Below, piece after piece: positions 8,193 to 18,459 of a stretch of DNA of 64,000 bases. This stretch comes from Nitrospinales bacterium (GTDB lineage: Bacteria > Nitrospinota > Nitrospinia > Nitrospinales > VA-1). The stretch's first letter is position 1. Each line of letters starts with the position of its first letter. The position numbers and the translations under genes were made by a program. A model generated the notes under the pieces. That model was not told the DNA's origin, made no database searches, and saw nothing but the letters and a program-made list of their open reading frames with translations. The stretch lies in assembly GCA_965263085.1 (NCBI GenBank), contig OZ253582.1:1682714-1746713 (forward strand). Reading direction: 5' to 3'.

Positions 8193-10640
8193 ATGGATAC
8201 CCATTACGGTAACTCCGCTTCTGAAGTAGGGAGTTCCGGGGAAACCGAAACACGGAAGGGCATACGTACCGGATTAAAAAATAAATTAATCTGGACTATG
8301 CTTGGGGTTGGGGCATTGCCCTTGATGCTGGCTATGATCCTTTCATATCTGCAGGGGACGAAGTCCCTGCAGGGGGTGATCGGAGCCAGCTTCAAGGCGT
8401 TGGCTTATGAAACTTCCACCAAGATAGATTTATTGATTGAGGGTGAGATTTTAAGAAATATTCGCCATGCGGCTCACCCTTCCATCAGGTCCGCCATTTC
8501 TGGTTTTAACCAGACCCTCCTTGCTCTTGACCCTGCGACACGAAAAAAATATATTGAGGAAGAGAGCGCCGATTCACCCCGGTCCATCCTTGAGTCAGAA
8601 GCCAGTCGGACACTGCAAAGTTTTCAGAAAAGAAAAACCCTGTCTGTGCTTGCGACCCGGGCCTTGTATGTTACCGATGCTTTTGGGGTGCTCCGCGCGA
8701 GTGTGAATGATTTCCCAGAATTTCTTCATACAGGAAAACCCGATTGGGGAAAAACCGTCGCCGGCGGCAAAGAATTTGTTTATATAGGGCCGGTCGCCTT
8801 TGATGAAAGAACGGAAACCTTCCAGATGACTTTTGCCTTCCCGATTCTGGATGAAAATGAAAAGATCATCGGTGTTCTACATCATGTGTTTGACACGAAG
8901 GAATTTTTTTCCGGCTTCATCGAACCGATCACTTTCGGTGAAACAGGGCATGTCATGATGATTGATTCCGGGGGTATGGTTGTCGACTGTCCCATATTGC
9001 CAACAGGATTTTTGTTGCCGGACCCGGTTCTTGTCAGGAGTGTTACGGGAAGTGGCCCGGACTGGGTTAAAACCATGGGAGACGGTCATGGCGGAGAAGA
9101 ACTTTCCATCATCGGTTTTTCACCTTTAGACCGAACCCAGGAATGGATCAATAAGTCGGGGAGCAAAAACTGGTATACCTTTGTCTGGCAGGCTTCGGAT
9201 GAACTATTTGCCCCTATGCACCAACTCTTTCTATGGATTTCCATGGCCGGGGTGGTGTCCATCCTGTTGATCGGGGGTATGGGTTCCCTGGCGGCAAAAA
9301 AAATTGTTCAACCGATCCGCAGGCTTCAGAAAACCGCAGAGCGTATTGGTAAAGGTGAAAAAGTTGAGGCGCTGGAAATTAAAACCGGAGATGAGCTAGA
9401 AGCTCTGGCTAATGAAGTGAACCTGATGAACGATTTGCTACAAAAATCTTTTTCAGGGTTGGAAACCCAGGTGCGTAAAAAAACCGAGGAGGTTCTTTAT
9501 CTCAAGGAATACACCGACAGCATTCTTGCCAGTGTTCCCGATGCGGTGGTTATTTTTGATCCAAAGATGAAAATAGAATATGTGAATGGGGCGTTTGAAA
9601 ATATTACCGGACAAACCGCTGACCAACTATTGGGGCATCCCCTAAAGGATTTGGAGCTTGAGTCTTCCTCTGCTTGGAAAGATGTGCAGGGAGTGCTCCT
9701 CAATTTTTCTAGTGAAGTCATTCCCATTGTTTCCCAGAATATTGGAAACCAAACCATACAATGTTATACTGCCCGCGATCCCCTTGCCCCTAAAGAATCT
9801 CCTTCACTACAAAATATGAAGCAAACCGTCAAGCTGGATGGAAAGATTTTCGCTTACCAGATTTTTGATATTGTCATTCATGATGACAGTGACAAGCGAT
9901 TGGGCCTGCTTTTAAGGGATGTCACGGAGGATGTGGAATTGCACGACCAACTGGCTATGGCGGAAAAACTGTCTGGATTGGGCACGCTCGCTGCGGGCAT
10001 TGCCCACGAGTTGAACAATCCTTTGGTTTCCATTATGGGATTCACCGAAGCTATTATTGGTGAAAAGGATCAAGCGAAAGTTCAAAAATATGCTAATAAA
10101 GTTTTTGACCGCTCCAAACATATGTCGTCGATTATTCTCAATATGTCGGGTTACACACGCTCGGTCGGGTTGGAAGAAAGAGAAGTGGACCTCAATGAGC
10201 GTATCGATGCGTCCATTGAGATCGCAATTCTTACTTCCTATAACAATGATATTAAAATAGATAAAAAATTTTCTGAGCTACCACCTATCAAGGCAAAGTC
10301 TGAGGAAATTCAGCAGATCTTTACCAACCTGTTAACCAATGCAGTGCAGGCGATGGAAGGCAAAGGAGAACTGAGAATTTCAACAGAAGTGCAAAATGGA
10401 AATGTCCTCGCAACAATCAGGGATACGGGACCGGGCATTCCAAAAGAATACTTGTCGAAAATTTATGACCCATTTTTTACCACCAAAGAACAGGGCAAAG
10501 GAACCGGTCTAGGACTGAACATTGTCCATCAATTGGTGGTGAAACATGGCGGAAAGATTGATGTCTCTTCTCAGGAAGGAAAAGGAACAACATTCATCCT
10601 GACCTTTCCCGCCAGCCAGGTGGAATCTTCAAAAAGCTAA
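8193..10640 (+). CDS. Membrane sensor histidine kinase (Cache-like sensor, HAMP, PAS, HisKA, HATPase)
   Basis: Two TMs, GDELEALA HAMP, AHELNNPL H-box, NAVQAM, DTGPGI, FFTTK, GTGLGL. Confidence 0.93.
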   Translation: MDTHYGNSASEVGSSGETETRKGIRTGLKNKLIWTMLGVGALPLMLAMILSYLQGTKSLQGVIGASFKALAYETSTKIDLLIEGEILRNIRHAAHPSIRSAISGFNQTLLALDPATRKKYIEEESADSPRSILESEASRTLQSFQKRKTLSVLATRALYVTDAFGVLRASVNDFPEFLHTGKPDWGKTVAGGKEFVYIGPVAFDERTETFQMTFAFPILDENEKIIGVLHHVFDTKEFFSGFIEPITFGETGHVMMIDSGGMVVDCPILPTGFLLPDPVLVRSVTGSGPDWVKTMGDGHGGEELSIIGFSPLDRTQEWINKSGSKNWYTFVWQASDELFAPMHQLFLWISMAGVVSILLIGGMGSLAAKKIVQPIRRLQKTAERIGKGEKVEALEIKTGDELEALANEVNLMNDLLQKSFSGLETQVRKKTEEVLYLKEYTDSILASVPDAVVIFDPKMKIEYVNGAFENITGQTADQLLGHPLKDLELESSSAWKDVQGVLLNFSSEVIPIVSQNIGNQTIQCYTARDPLAPKESPSLQNMKQTVKLDGKIFAYQIFDIVIHDDSDKRLGLLLRDVTEDVELHDQLAMAEKLSGLGTLAAGIAHELNNPLVSIMGFTEAIIGEKDQAKVQKYANKVFDRSKHMSSIILNMSGYTRSVGLEEREVDLNERIDASIEIAILTSYNNDIKIDKKFSELPPIKAKSEEIQQIFTNLLTNAVQAMEGKGELRISTEVQNGNVLATIRDTGPGIPKEYLSKIYDPFFTTKEQGKGTGLGLNIVHQLVVKHGGKIDVSSQEGKGTTFILTFPASQVESSKS

Positions 10641-10709
10641 ACCGTAAGGGTATCGATTTATATCCTGAAAAATCCATGGGAAGAAATAAAAATAAATCGA
10701 GTATCTGGG

Positions 10710-11138
10710 ATGATTTTACTGATGGTTATGGTGTGGGCACCTTCGGCCTTTGCCGACCATGAACCAGAAAAAGCACAATGCCCGCAAAAGCGGAAAAGCC
10801 CAAAGGCTCCCATGGAGTTTTTAAAATTAGGTAATCCTCTTTCTGTTACGGCCAAACGGATTGAAAAAGGAAAGTTGATTTATCAATCCCAGTCTTTTCC
10901 ACTTCAATGTAGGCATTGTCATGGCCTTAAAGGAGACGGAACAGGGCATATGGGATTGGAGGCTAACCCTCCCGCGCGAAACTTCACCTGCTCCTAAACG
11001 ATGGCAACTGTTTCAGACGGTCAAATGTTCTGGACCATTAAATATGGCACCTCCGGTACGGCCATGCCGGCTTATCCTGATCTGGCGGATTGGCAAACCT
11101 GGGTGTTGATCCATTATGTCAAGCAGCTTGGGAAGTAG
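10710..11138 (+). pseudogene. Monoheme c-type cytochrome interrupted by an in-frame TAA
   Basis: CRHCH; NFTCS-TAA(10995-10997)-TMATVSDGQMFWTIKYGTSGTAMP continues in frame to TAG 11136-11138, colinear with paralog 5732..6277. Confidence 0.85.
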
Positions 11139-11155
11139 TAGCTCGTTTTGAAGGT

Positions 11156-12832
11156 TTAATGGATAGTCAGTTTTTTGTATTTTGACCGTCTGTTTTCTTC
11201 TTTACCACCCAACTCCTGTTTGCGTTTTTCCTGATATTCCTCGAAGTTTCCTTCGAACCATCGCGCTTTGCTGTTGCCTTCAAAAACCAGAAGGTGTGTA
11301 CAGATGCGATCCAGAAAAAAACGGTCATGGCTGATGACCAGAATGCACCCGCTGAAATCAAGGATGGCATTTTCGAGATTGCGTAGGGTGGTCACATCCA
11401 GATCATTGGTAGGCTCGTCCAGAAGTAGAACGTTTCCACCTCTTCTGAGGAGTTTTGCCAGATGAACCCGGTTGCGTTCACCACCTGAAAGTTCTCCCAC
11501 TTTTTTCTGCTGGTTGGGACCTTTGAAATTAAACCGCCCGACATAGGCTCTGGAAACGATAGTCTTTCCCGCGACTTCGATATGCTCAGTGCCTCCGGTG
11601 ATTTCCTCGAACACAGTATTGTCGGGGTTCAGGTCGTGGCGGTGCTGGTCCACATAGGAAAGTTTTACCGTAGATCCCAGCTTGAGGGTCCCTGAATCGG
11701 GTTGTTCTTCGTCGGCGATCATGCGAAACAATGTGGTTTTGCCGGCACCATTGGGGCCGATCAACCCGACCACTGCCCCACGAGGTACGGAGAAAGTCAG
11801 GTCCTTGATAATGGGCTCTTCCCCCTGATAGCTTTTGCTGAGTGAGTCAGCCTCTATCACCTGCTCGCCGAGTTGGGGGCCTGGAGCGATTTGGATTTCA
11901 AGCGAGTTATCTTCCATATCGACTTTGCGTGCGGAAAGTTTTTCGTATTCATTGATTCTGCCTTTATTGTGCTTGCGTCTGGCGCCGGGAGTTTCCTTCA
12001 GCCATTGCAATTCTTTGTCCAGACGTTTTTGCAGCGTCGACGCGATTTTTCCCCTTCGCCTCAGGATTTCAGCTTTTTGTTTCAGCCATGAGCTGTAGTT
12101 CCCTTCAAACGGTTTGCCTTTCCCGTTTTCCAACTCAAGAATCCATTTAGTGATGTTGTTGAGAAAATACCGATCATGGGTGGAGACGATGACGTTGCCG
12201 GGATAATTGGAGAGAGTGTCTTCCAGCCATTGTACGGTCTCGGCATCAAGATGGTTGGTGGGTTCATCGAGAAGAATCATATCGGGTTTTTGCAGGAGCA
12301 GTTTGCAAAGTGCGACTCGCCGGGCTTCTCCCCCCGAGAGGGTCCCCGCTTTCTGGTCATCTGCAGGAAGCACGAGAGCATTCATCGCCACTTCCACCTG
12401 TCGGTCCAGTTCCCATCCGTCCGCGGCGTCAATTTGATCTTGAAGCTGGCCTATTTTTTCCATGGCCTTTTCCATCTCCTCATCCGACATAGGTTCAGCC
12501 ATTTTGGCGCTGATTTCGCTGAACTCCTCAATCATTTTCTTAATGTTGCCAAAAGCCTGTTCCACATTTTCCCGGACGGTTTGCTCGTCGTCCAGAACCG
12601 GTTCTTGAGGTAGGAACCCGATCGTAGTTCCCTTTAAAGGTGCGGCGCGTCCATCAAACTCTTGATCTTCTCCCGCCATAATTTTAAGGACGGTAGATTT
12701 CCCCGACCCGTTTTCTCCGACGATTCCAATCTTGGCGCCATGATAAAAACTAAGGTTGATTCCATTCAGCACCTCGTTACGTCCATAACGCTTGACCAGG
12801 TCCTGCATGGTGAAAATATATTCTCCCGCCAT
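11156..12832 (-). CDS. ettA: Energy-dependent translational throttle ABC-F ATPase
   Basis: Two ABC domains, GAKIG, GNYSSWL, LSGGERNR, DEPTNDLD, SHDRFFLDR, FEGNF. Confidence 0.92.
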   Translation of the reverse strand: MAGEYIFTMQDLVKRYGRNEVLNGINLSFYHGAKIGIVGENGSGKSTVLKIMAGEDQEFDGRAAPLKGTTIGFLPQEPVLDDEQTVRENVEQAFGNIKKMIEEFSEISAKMAEPMSDEEMEKAMEKIGQLQDQIDAADGWELDRQVEVAMNALVLPADDQKAGTLSGGEARRVALCKLLLQKPDMILLDEPTNHLDAETVQWLEDTLSNYPGNVIVSTHDRYFLNNITKWILELENGKGKPFEGNYSSWLKQKAEILRRRGKIASTLQKRLDKELQWLKETPGARRKHNKGRINEYEKLSARKVDMEDNSLEIQIAPGPQLGEQVIEADSLSKSYQGEEPIIKDLTFSVPRGAVVGLIGPNGAGKTTLFRMIADEEQPDSGTLKLGSTVKLSYVDQHRHDLNPDNTVFEEITGGTEHIEVAGKTIVSRAYVGRFNFKGPNQQKKVGELSGGERNRVHLAKLLRRGGNVLLLDEPTNDLDVTTLRNLENAILDFSGCILVISHDRFFLDRICTHLLVFEGNSKARWFEGNFEEYQEKRKQELGGKEENRRSKYKKLTIH

Positions 12833-12901
12833 AATGCCTTTCTCTGTGAATTTGTTTAATCAGGTTAAATTGAAAAAATAAACCTGGAGCCTTTTAAAAT
12901 T

Positions 12902-13531
12902 TCAAGGCTGGGTTGGCTTCCTTAATACCACAAAATCATGTCTATTGTTGAAGGCCAATTTAAATCCAGTGTTTTTTGCCAGCCATTGGAAGGTCTCCGA
13001 GCAGTAAAAAATAATGTGGGTGGGGTCGCGTTTATAATACCAGTCTGCAAAATCCTTGGCCGGATAAAACCGAGTCATGATTGCGAGAACCCCTCTAGGT
13101 TTGACCTTGCTGGTAATGCGCAGGATTTCTTCGGCCGGATTCCTGAAGTGCTCGAAAGTTTCTGTGGAGATAACAAGGTCATAAAGTTTACCCAAACGAG
13201 TTTCTGGAAAAAAGTTTTGGTCATATCCGTCTGCTTTAATTCCCTGCTTTTCCAGCAGGGTTTTCAAGACAGGCTCATAGCCACAACCATAATCCAGAGC
13301 TGATTTAATGTCGTATTCTTGAAGAAGGTCAATTTTTTCTTGAAACATACGGACATAACCTTCATTCTCGAGGCTGTTTTCATGCTCCAGATAGCGTTTG
13401 ACTTCTTCGTCTCTGGGAATATGGAATTCTGCAGGAACGGATATTGCCTGACACTGTGAGCAGAGCCAGTATTCCCGGCTTTCTCCTGAAATCAGGTAAT
13501 AGGCTGAAAAACTGCATAGTGGACATTTCAT
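12902..13531 (-). CDS. Class I SAM-dependent methyltransferase with N-terminal Cys pairs
   Basis: CPLC/CSQC, LDYGCG, ETFEH, WYYKRDPTH. Confidence 0.85.
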   Translation of the reverse strand: MKCPLCSFSAYYLISGESREYWLCSQCQAISVPAEFHIPRDEEVKRYLEHENSLENEGYVRMFQEKIDLLQEYDIKSALDYGCGYEPVLKTLLEKQGIKADGYDQNFFPETRLGKLYDLVISTETFEHFRNPAEEILRITSKVKPRGVLAIMTRFYPAKDFADWYYKRDPTHIIFYCSETFQWLAKNTGFKLAFNNRHDFVVLRKPTQP

Positions 13532-13576
13532 TTCCTCAAACCTCCTGAGGCTTTCAGGTTGTTACCGGGATTTCCC

Positions 13577-13605
13577 TTGATTCTTTCCATTTGCTCCATG
13601 ATAAT
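13577..13605 (+). promoter_or_regulatory. Putative sigma70 promoter of efp
   Basis: TTGATT-17 nt-GATAAT. Confidence 0.4.
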
Positions 13606-13676
13606 TGTTGATTCCAAGGATGAAAAGTTTGTTTTATCCTGCTTCAACAAATCAGAAAATTTTGGGAATTTGTCGA

Positions 13677-14249
13677 ATGGTTGCTTTTGTAAATGGTAAC
13701 GGGCTTCGTCCCGGTTATGTGATCAAGGTTAAGGGTGATTTATATCGTGTAATGTCAGCTGAACATCGCACTCCAGGAAAAGGCAAAGCCTCCATGCAGG
13801 CCAAGCTTAGAAAACTAAAGGATGGAACGCAAACAGAAATCAAGTTCCGTTCTGATGAATCGGTAGAACGTGCCGAAATGGAGCAGGTAGAGATGGAATA
13901 TCTGTATGATGATCCTTCGGGTTTATGTTTTATGAATTGCGAAACTTATGAGCAGGTGTTCCTGAATGAAAAAGTCATAGGCGATGACAAGAAGTTCCTT
14001 CTGCCTAATGCCAAGGTGACGATTGAGTTTTGTGACGGCAGTCCCATTGGTGTGTCTTTCCCTGAGGCAGTGGAACTCAAAGTAACTGATACCGAGCCTC
14101 CTCTGAAAGGAGCGACCGCTTCCGGTTCCGGGAAACCGGCAACGCTTGAAACCGGCCTTGTGGTGACAGTACCGCAGTTTATTCAAATAGGTGAAATGGT
14201 GCGAGTTTCGACCACATCGAGAGAGTATTTGGAACGGGCAAAGAAATGA
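13677..14249 (+). CDS. efp: Elongation factor P
   Basis: HRTPGKG, KPATLETG, VPQFI; start at ATG 13677. Confidence 0.95.
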   Translation: MVAFVNGNGLRPGYVIKVKGDLYRVMSAEHRTPGKGKASMQAKLRKLKDGTQTEIKFRSDESVERAEMEQVEMEYLYDDPSGLCFMNCETYEQVFLNEKVIGDDKKFLLPNAKVTIEFCDGSPIGVSFPEAVELKVTDTEPPLKGATASGSGKPATLETGLVVTVPQFIQIGEMVRVSTTSREYLERAKK

Positions 14250-14337
14250 TTCCAAAAGGGAGAATAACCATCTCGCTGTCAACCTGTTTGAATTTTCCAA
14301 AATTATATTTTCCTCAGTATTTTCTTGGCAATAATAT

Positions 14338-14366
14338 TTGACTTAAACCGGAGATTTAATTAAATT
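14338..14366 (+). promoter_or_regulatory. Putative sigma70 promoter of the tol operon
   Basis: TTGACT-17 nt-TAAATT. Confidence 0.45.
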
Positions 14367-14453
14367 AAATTGTTGATTTAATTAGAAGAAAATAAATTTA
14401 TCCCTTTTGGTGTCCTGCCTTTAGGCCTCACTTTTTCAGCGAAGAGGTTCCGT

Positions 14454-15188
14454 GTGCAAAATGTAATTTCTGACAATCCATTGAGTGTTGTTGAGTTGGT
14501 TATGCAATCGAGTTTGATGGCTAAAGGGGTTCTGTCTTTGCTCCTGATATTCTCCATTGTTTCCTGGGCGATCATTTTTAACAAGTTCATTACCTATCGA
14601 AGAGCAAAAAGTGAAGATAACCGATTTCTGGAAGCCTTCTCGAAGACAGAAAACCTAACCCGTACTTATAATGTTGCTAAAGAGTTGCGGGCTAGTCCGT
14701 TGGCCCGGGTATTCCTGGCCGGCTACCGGGAACTTTATGTTTTTCAGGAGATGGCCAAAGAAGAGCGTAAAAAACGCGAAGAACCCCTACCCACAGGAGG
14801 AGAACAGGTAACCTCCAGAGATCTGAAGGGCATTGGTCTGGTCATCAATAAAGCCATAAACCGGGAAGTGGAAAGGCTGTCACACCGATTGGACTTCCTT
14901 GCCACAACGGGGAGCACGACGCCCTTTATTGGATTGTTTGGGACGGTTTGGGGAATTATGCATTCTTTCAGGTCCATCGGACTTCAGGGTACAGCTAGTG
15001 TAGGGGGCGTGGCTCCTGGAATTGCAGAGGCACTTATCGCGACCGCTGCAGGGCTGATAGCGGCAATCCCCGCAGTTATTTTCTATAATTACTTCAATAA
15101 TAAAATAGTTCTTTTCGTATCTGCAATGGATGATTTTTCGCTGGACTTTACTTATATGGTGGAAAGAATTTCGTGCGAGAGCCAGTAA
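14454..15188 (+). CDS. tolQ: TolQ
   Basis: [37 protein letters not shown]; operon context. Confidence 0.93.
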   Translation: MQNVISDNPLSVVELVMQSSLMAKGVLSLLLIFSIVSWAIIFNKFITYRRAKSEDNRFLEAFSKTENLTRTYNVAKELRASPLARVFLAGYRELYVFQEMAKEERKKREEPLPTGGEQVTSRDLKGIGLVINKAINREVERLSHRLDFLATTGSTTPFIGLFGTVWGIMHSFRSIGLQGTASVGGVAPGIAEALIATAAGLIAAIPAVIFYNYFNNKIVLFVSAMDDFSLDFTYMVERISCESQ

Positions 15189-15244
15189 AAGAAGGGAATT
15201 TGTTTGATCTTTTATGACTCTCTTCAAGCCTGAAAAAAACGCTT

Positions 15245-15646
15245 ATGCTAAAGCAACGAAGACCGTTTCTAGCAGAAATTAATGTGACACCCTTTGTCGA
15301 CGTCATGCTGGTGTTGCTGGTTATTTTCATGATCACAGCGCCACTTATGCAGTACGGTGTGGAAGTCCAACTTCCTAAAGAATCAATCGCCCCTATCAAC
15401 ATCAAAGAAATCCCCACCATCACTTTAAAGAGCAGTAAAAAAATATTCTGGAAGCAGGAGGAGATAGCGAACCTGATGGGGTTGACCCGTAAGGCGGAGC
15501 AGTATATTGAAGCCAATAAGGAAGGCGGAGTTTATCTGCGGGCAGACAAAACGCTGGATTATGGTTTTGTCATGCACATCTTGTCCACTGTAAAGCAGGC
15601 TGGAGTGCAAAATATTGGGATGGTGACCGAACCGCCACAGTTATGA
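15245..15646 (+). CDS. tolR: TolR
   Basis: [28 protein letters not shown]. Confidence 0.92.
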   Translation: MLKQRRPFLAEINVTPFVDVMLVLLVIFMITAPLMQYGVEVQLPKESIAPINIKEIPTITLKSSKKIFWKQEEIANLMGLTRKAEQYIEANKEGGVYLRADKTLDYGFVMHILSTVKQAGVQNIGMVTEPPQL

Positions 15647-16902
15647 AAGTTCAGTTTTTCCAGCCCATTGATTTTAATCAGATGCTTGTGTTTTCTGTTT
15701 TTGGGCATCTTCTGCTTTTAACCGTTCTCTTGTTTCTTCCCAAACCTCGTCTTCTGGAGAAAGTAGTGGTACCGGCGTTTATGGTGAATCTGGTCAGTGA
15801 GCCGAAAGGGTTTAAATCGGCCCCAGCAAAACGTTCGGAATCCTTAACAAGAGTCAATAAACCCAAGGTAAAGCAACCCAACAAAAAGATTCCGGTTTTA
15901 AATAAAACTACGGCTTCCAAATCAAGCAAGGTTAAAAAGGTTCCTGCGCTTAAAACTCCCCAAAAATTGAATAATCTGGAAGCAAAAGCGGCTCTCGCGA
16001 TCCCTCTGGGGGAAAAAATAGTGGAAGAGCTGGACCAGTTGGCGCGGTCGGAAAAACCAAAGCAACCCCAGCGAACGAAACAGATTGAGAAGAGACCTCG
16101 TAGCGAAAAGACTTTTCGGGAATTGGAAACTTTAAAAAAGGAATTGGAAACTTTAAAAAATCAAAAGCCCGACCAGAGAAAAGCCGTAAAAAATAAAAAG
16201 GTCGACCAGAGAGCCGTGGCTCCTGTTCCGTTGCGTAAAGATATTGTTGAAGAGCTTAAAATGAAGGAACGCTCACCCCCACCCTCTCCCGAAGAAAAGC
16301 AGACCGAAAAGCCCCAAAGCTCTGAAGAGGATTTATTGAAGGAATTGAAGAAGCAGTTGAGGCAGTTGGATGTTGTGCCTGTTCCCAAAGTGAAACCGCA
16401 AAAACCGGATTCTCAGGAAAGTACACAGCATAGTAGTGAAGCCTTCGATTCTATTATGGAAAAATTTAGTTCTTTCTCTTTCGAGTCCGAAACGATAAGA
16501 GTAGAAACTTCCAGTTTTCAAAGCAAATTGCGCGCTTTGCCAGAAACCTCCCGGTCCACGACGGAATCGGGAGCCGGGGTACCCGATATATTCGCGAAAA
16601 AAGAAGGAGCTTTGTATGCTGCATATGTACTTATGGTTAAAGAAAAGGTTGACGAAAATTTACGGGAATCTTTGGCCGAAAAGTATAATCAGGTTCAGGT
16701 TGTGGTAATTTCCTTTCGTATTTTCTCTCGCGGGAATATTGATAAGCCTGTTGTCAGCAAAAGTTCCGGAGTAGAGGCCTTGGATACCCGGGCTGTCAGG
16801 GCAGTGTTGGATTCGGAGCCCTTCTCTGAATTTCCCCCGGAGTTAAAGATGCCCAACCTTCCTATGGAGATGCATTTTAGATATGTTCCTAAAGACAAGT
16901 AA
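15643..16902 (+). CDS. TolA/TonB-family inner membrane protein
   Basis: N-terminal TM with conserved His, long K/E/P-rich linker, C-terminal SSG..LD..AVRAV; position between tolR and tolB. Confidence 0.8.
   Translation: MKVQFFQPIDFNQMLVFSVFGHLLLLTVLLFLPKPRLLEKVVVPAFMVNLVSEPKGFKSAPAKRSESLTRVNKPKVKQPNKKIPVLNKTTASKSSKVKKVPALKTPQKLNNLEAKAALAIPLGEKIVEELDQLARSEKPKQPQRTKQIEKRPRSEKTFRELETLKKELETLKNQKPDQRKAVKNKKVDQRAVAPVPLRKDIVEELKMKERSPPPSPEEKQTEKPQSSEEDLLKELKKQLRQLDVVPVPKVKPQKPDSQESTQHSSEAFDSIMEKFSSFSFESETIRVETSSFQSKLRALPETSRSTTESGAGVPDIFAKKEGALYAAYVLMVKEKVDENLRESLAEKYNQVQVVVISFRIFSRGNIDKPVVSKSSGVEALDTRAVRAVLDSEPFSEFPPELKMPNLPMEMHFRYVPKDK
16119..16160 (+). repeat. Exact 21-bp tandem duplication in the TolA-like linker
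   Basis: GGAATTGGAAACTTTAAAAAA x2 (ELETLK repeated). Confidence 0.9.
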
Positions 16903-18226
16903 ATCTGGTTTCTATTTACCTCTAGTTTTAATAGTTCTGATGTTATTGCAAGTCGGGACCGGTTTAGCGGCACCGCGGATCCGCATTGATCTGGAACGTG
17001 AGACGCGGGGAAAAGTCACCTTAGCGATTACAGATTTTGTTATGAAAGGTTCCAGCGTGGATGTCTTGGGACTTGGTAAGGAAGCGAAAAAGATTCTGGA
17101 AAATGATTTGACGCTTTCCGACTGGTTTTCTCCTCTGCAAAAGCAGGTGTTTAAGGAATTGGAAAAAATGGAGCGTGCAAGTTCTAAGGTGGACTACAAA
17201 AGCTGGCTTCAGATAGGAGCTCAGTGGCTTATTAAAACTGAATATAGTTTAGCAGCAGAAGATAAAGCCCAGATTACTTTTCGACTCTATGATGCGGTGA
17301 ATAAACGGTTCATTCTCGGCAAGCGTTATAAAGTTTCGCGGGAACTGCTTCGAAAAACTATTCATCAATTTGCTGATGAAGTGGTCATGCAGTTGACGGG
17401 AAAACGCGGTATTGCAGAAACCCAGATCGCTTTCCTGAATCAGGAAAACACAGGTAAGGAAATCTATCTGATAGATTTTGACGGACACAACCTGAGGCGG
17501 GTGACCCATGATCGTACAATCAACCTCAGTCCGGCCTGGTCTCCGGATGCAAACTGGCTTGTTTATACATATGCGGGGCACAACCCAGGTTTGATCATAA
17601 TAGATCCCACCGGGGAAAAACGGCGGACTCTCCATCGTGTTCCAGGTTTGAATGCTGCACCGGCCTGGTCTCCAGATATGCAGAGGATTGCCTTGGTGTT
17701 AAGCCGGAGACAGAATTCTGAAGTTTATATTTTAAATGGAGATCGCCAACTGGAACGTTTAACCCGTCATTTCAATATCGACACGTCTCCCACTTGGTCT
17801 CCGGACGGAGAAAAAATAGCTTTTACTTCCGATCGCTCAGGGACAGGTGCCCCACAAATTTTTATAATGGATTCCGTCAAAGGTGATAAGTCCAAGGTGA
17901 TGCGCATCTCTTTTGGTTCTAGCTATAACGACAATCCGGCCTGGTCTCCCAATGGAGACCAAATTGCCTACACGTCGAGAGTGGGGAAAAGGTTTCAAAT
18001 CAGAATATACGATCTAAACACGCGTCAGAGCCAACTCCTAACGGAGGGTTCGGGAGGTTGTGAGCAACCTAGTTGGTCTCCAGATGGTCGATTTATCATT
18101 TACCGTAAGAGGGAAAATAATCGATACAACCTTTTTATCCAGAAAGTAGGAAATGACGAGGTGAGGCAACTGACTTTCTCCGGGAAGGGACATAGCCCCG
18201 CATGGTCCCCTTATTTTAAACACTAA
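16883..18226 (+). CDS. tolB: TolB beta-propeller protein
   Basis: Repeated PxWSPDG-type PD40 motifs; HQFADE..LTGKRG. Confidence 0.93.
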   Translation: MFLKTSKSGFYLPLVLIVLMLLQVGTGLAAPRIRIDLERETRGKVTLAITDFVMKGSSVDVLGLGKEAKKILENDLTLSDWFSPLQKQVFKELEKMERASSKVDYKSWLQIGAQWLIKTEYSLAAEDKAQITFRLYDAVNKRFILGKRYKVSRELLRKTIHQFADEVVMQLTGKRGIAETQIAFLNQENTGKEIYLIDFDGHNLRRVTHDRTINLSPAWSPDANWLVYTYAGHNPGLIIIDPTGEKRRTLHRVPGLNAAPAWSPDMQRIALVLSRRQNSEVYILNGDRQLERLTRHFNIDTSPTWSPDGEKIAFTSDRSGTGAPQIFIMDSVKGDKSKVMRISFGSSYNDNPAWSPNGDQIAYTSRVGKRFQIRIYDLNTRQSQLLTEGSGGCEQPSWSPDGRFIIYRKRENNRYNLFIQKVGNDEVRQLTFSGKGHSPAWSPYFKH

Positions 18227-18261
18227 GTAGATCCTCAGTGCAAAAAATATTAAACTAAGGG

Positions 18262-18290
18262 TTGTCATCCCAGTTCATTTGTTTTATACT
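18262..18290 (+). promoter_or_regulatory. Putative sigma70 promoter of pal
   Basis: TTGTCA-17 nt-TATACT. Confidence 0.55.
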
Positions 18291-18459
18291 CCCGGCAGAC
18301 TTTTGTTTTTAAGATCAAAATGTTTGGAGTATCGGTGTTTACAAGAGAATTACGGGTATTTCACTAAATTTTTATTAATATAGCTATAGAATGATATTTC
18401 TTTATAATAAATTTAGGTTTAATAACTTTCAGTGGAAATTTTTTAGGCGAGGATTATTT

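Noticed and set aside
10995-10997. Stop-codon reassignment or programmed readthrough
   Set aside because: TAA terminates many ordinary genes in this window; this is a single instance only.
15160-15217. Possible 1-nt deletion near the tolQ 3' end (alternative tail [18 protein letters not shown])
   Set aside because: All conserved TolQ elements are already present; this cannot be distinguished from a natural C-terminus without orthologs.
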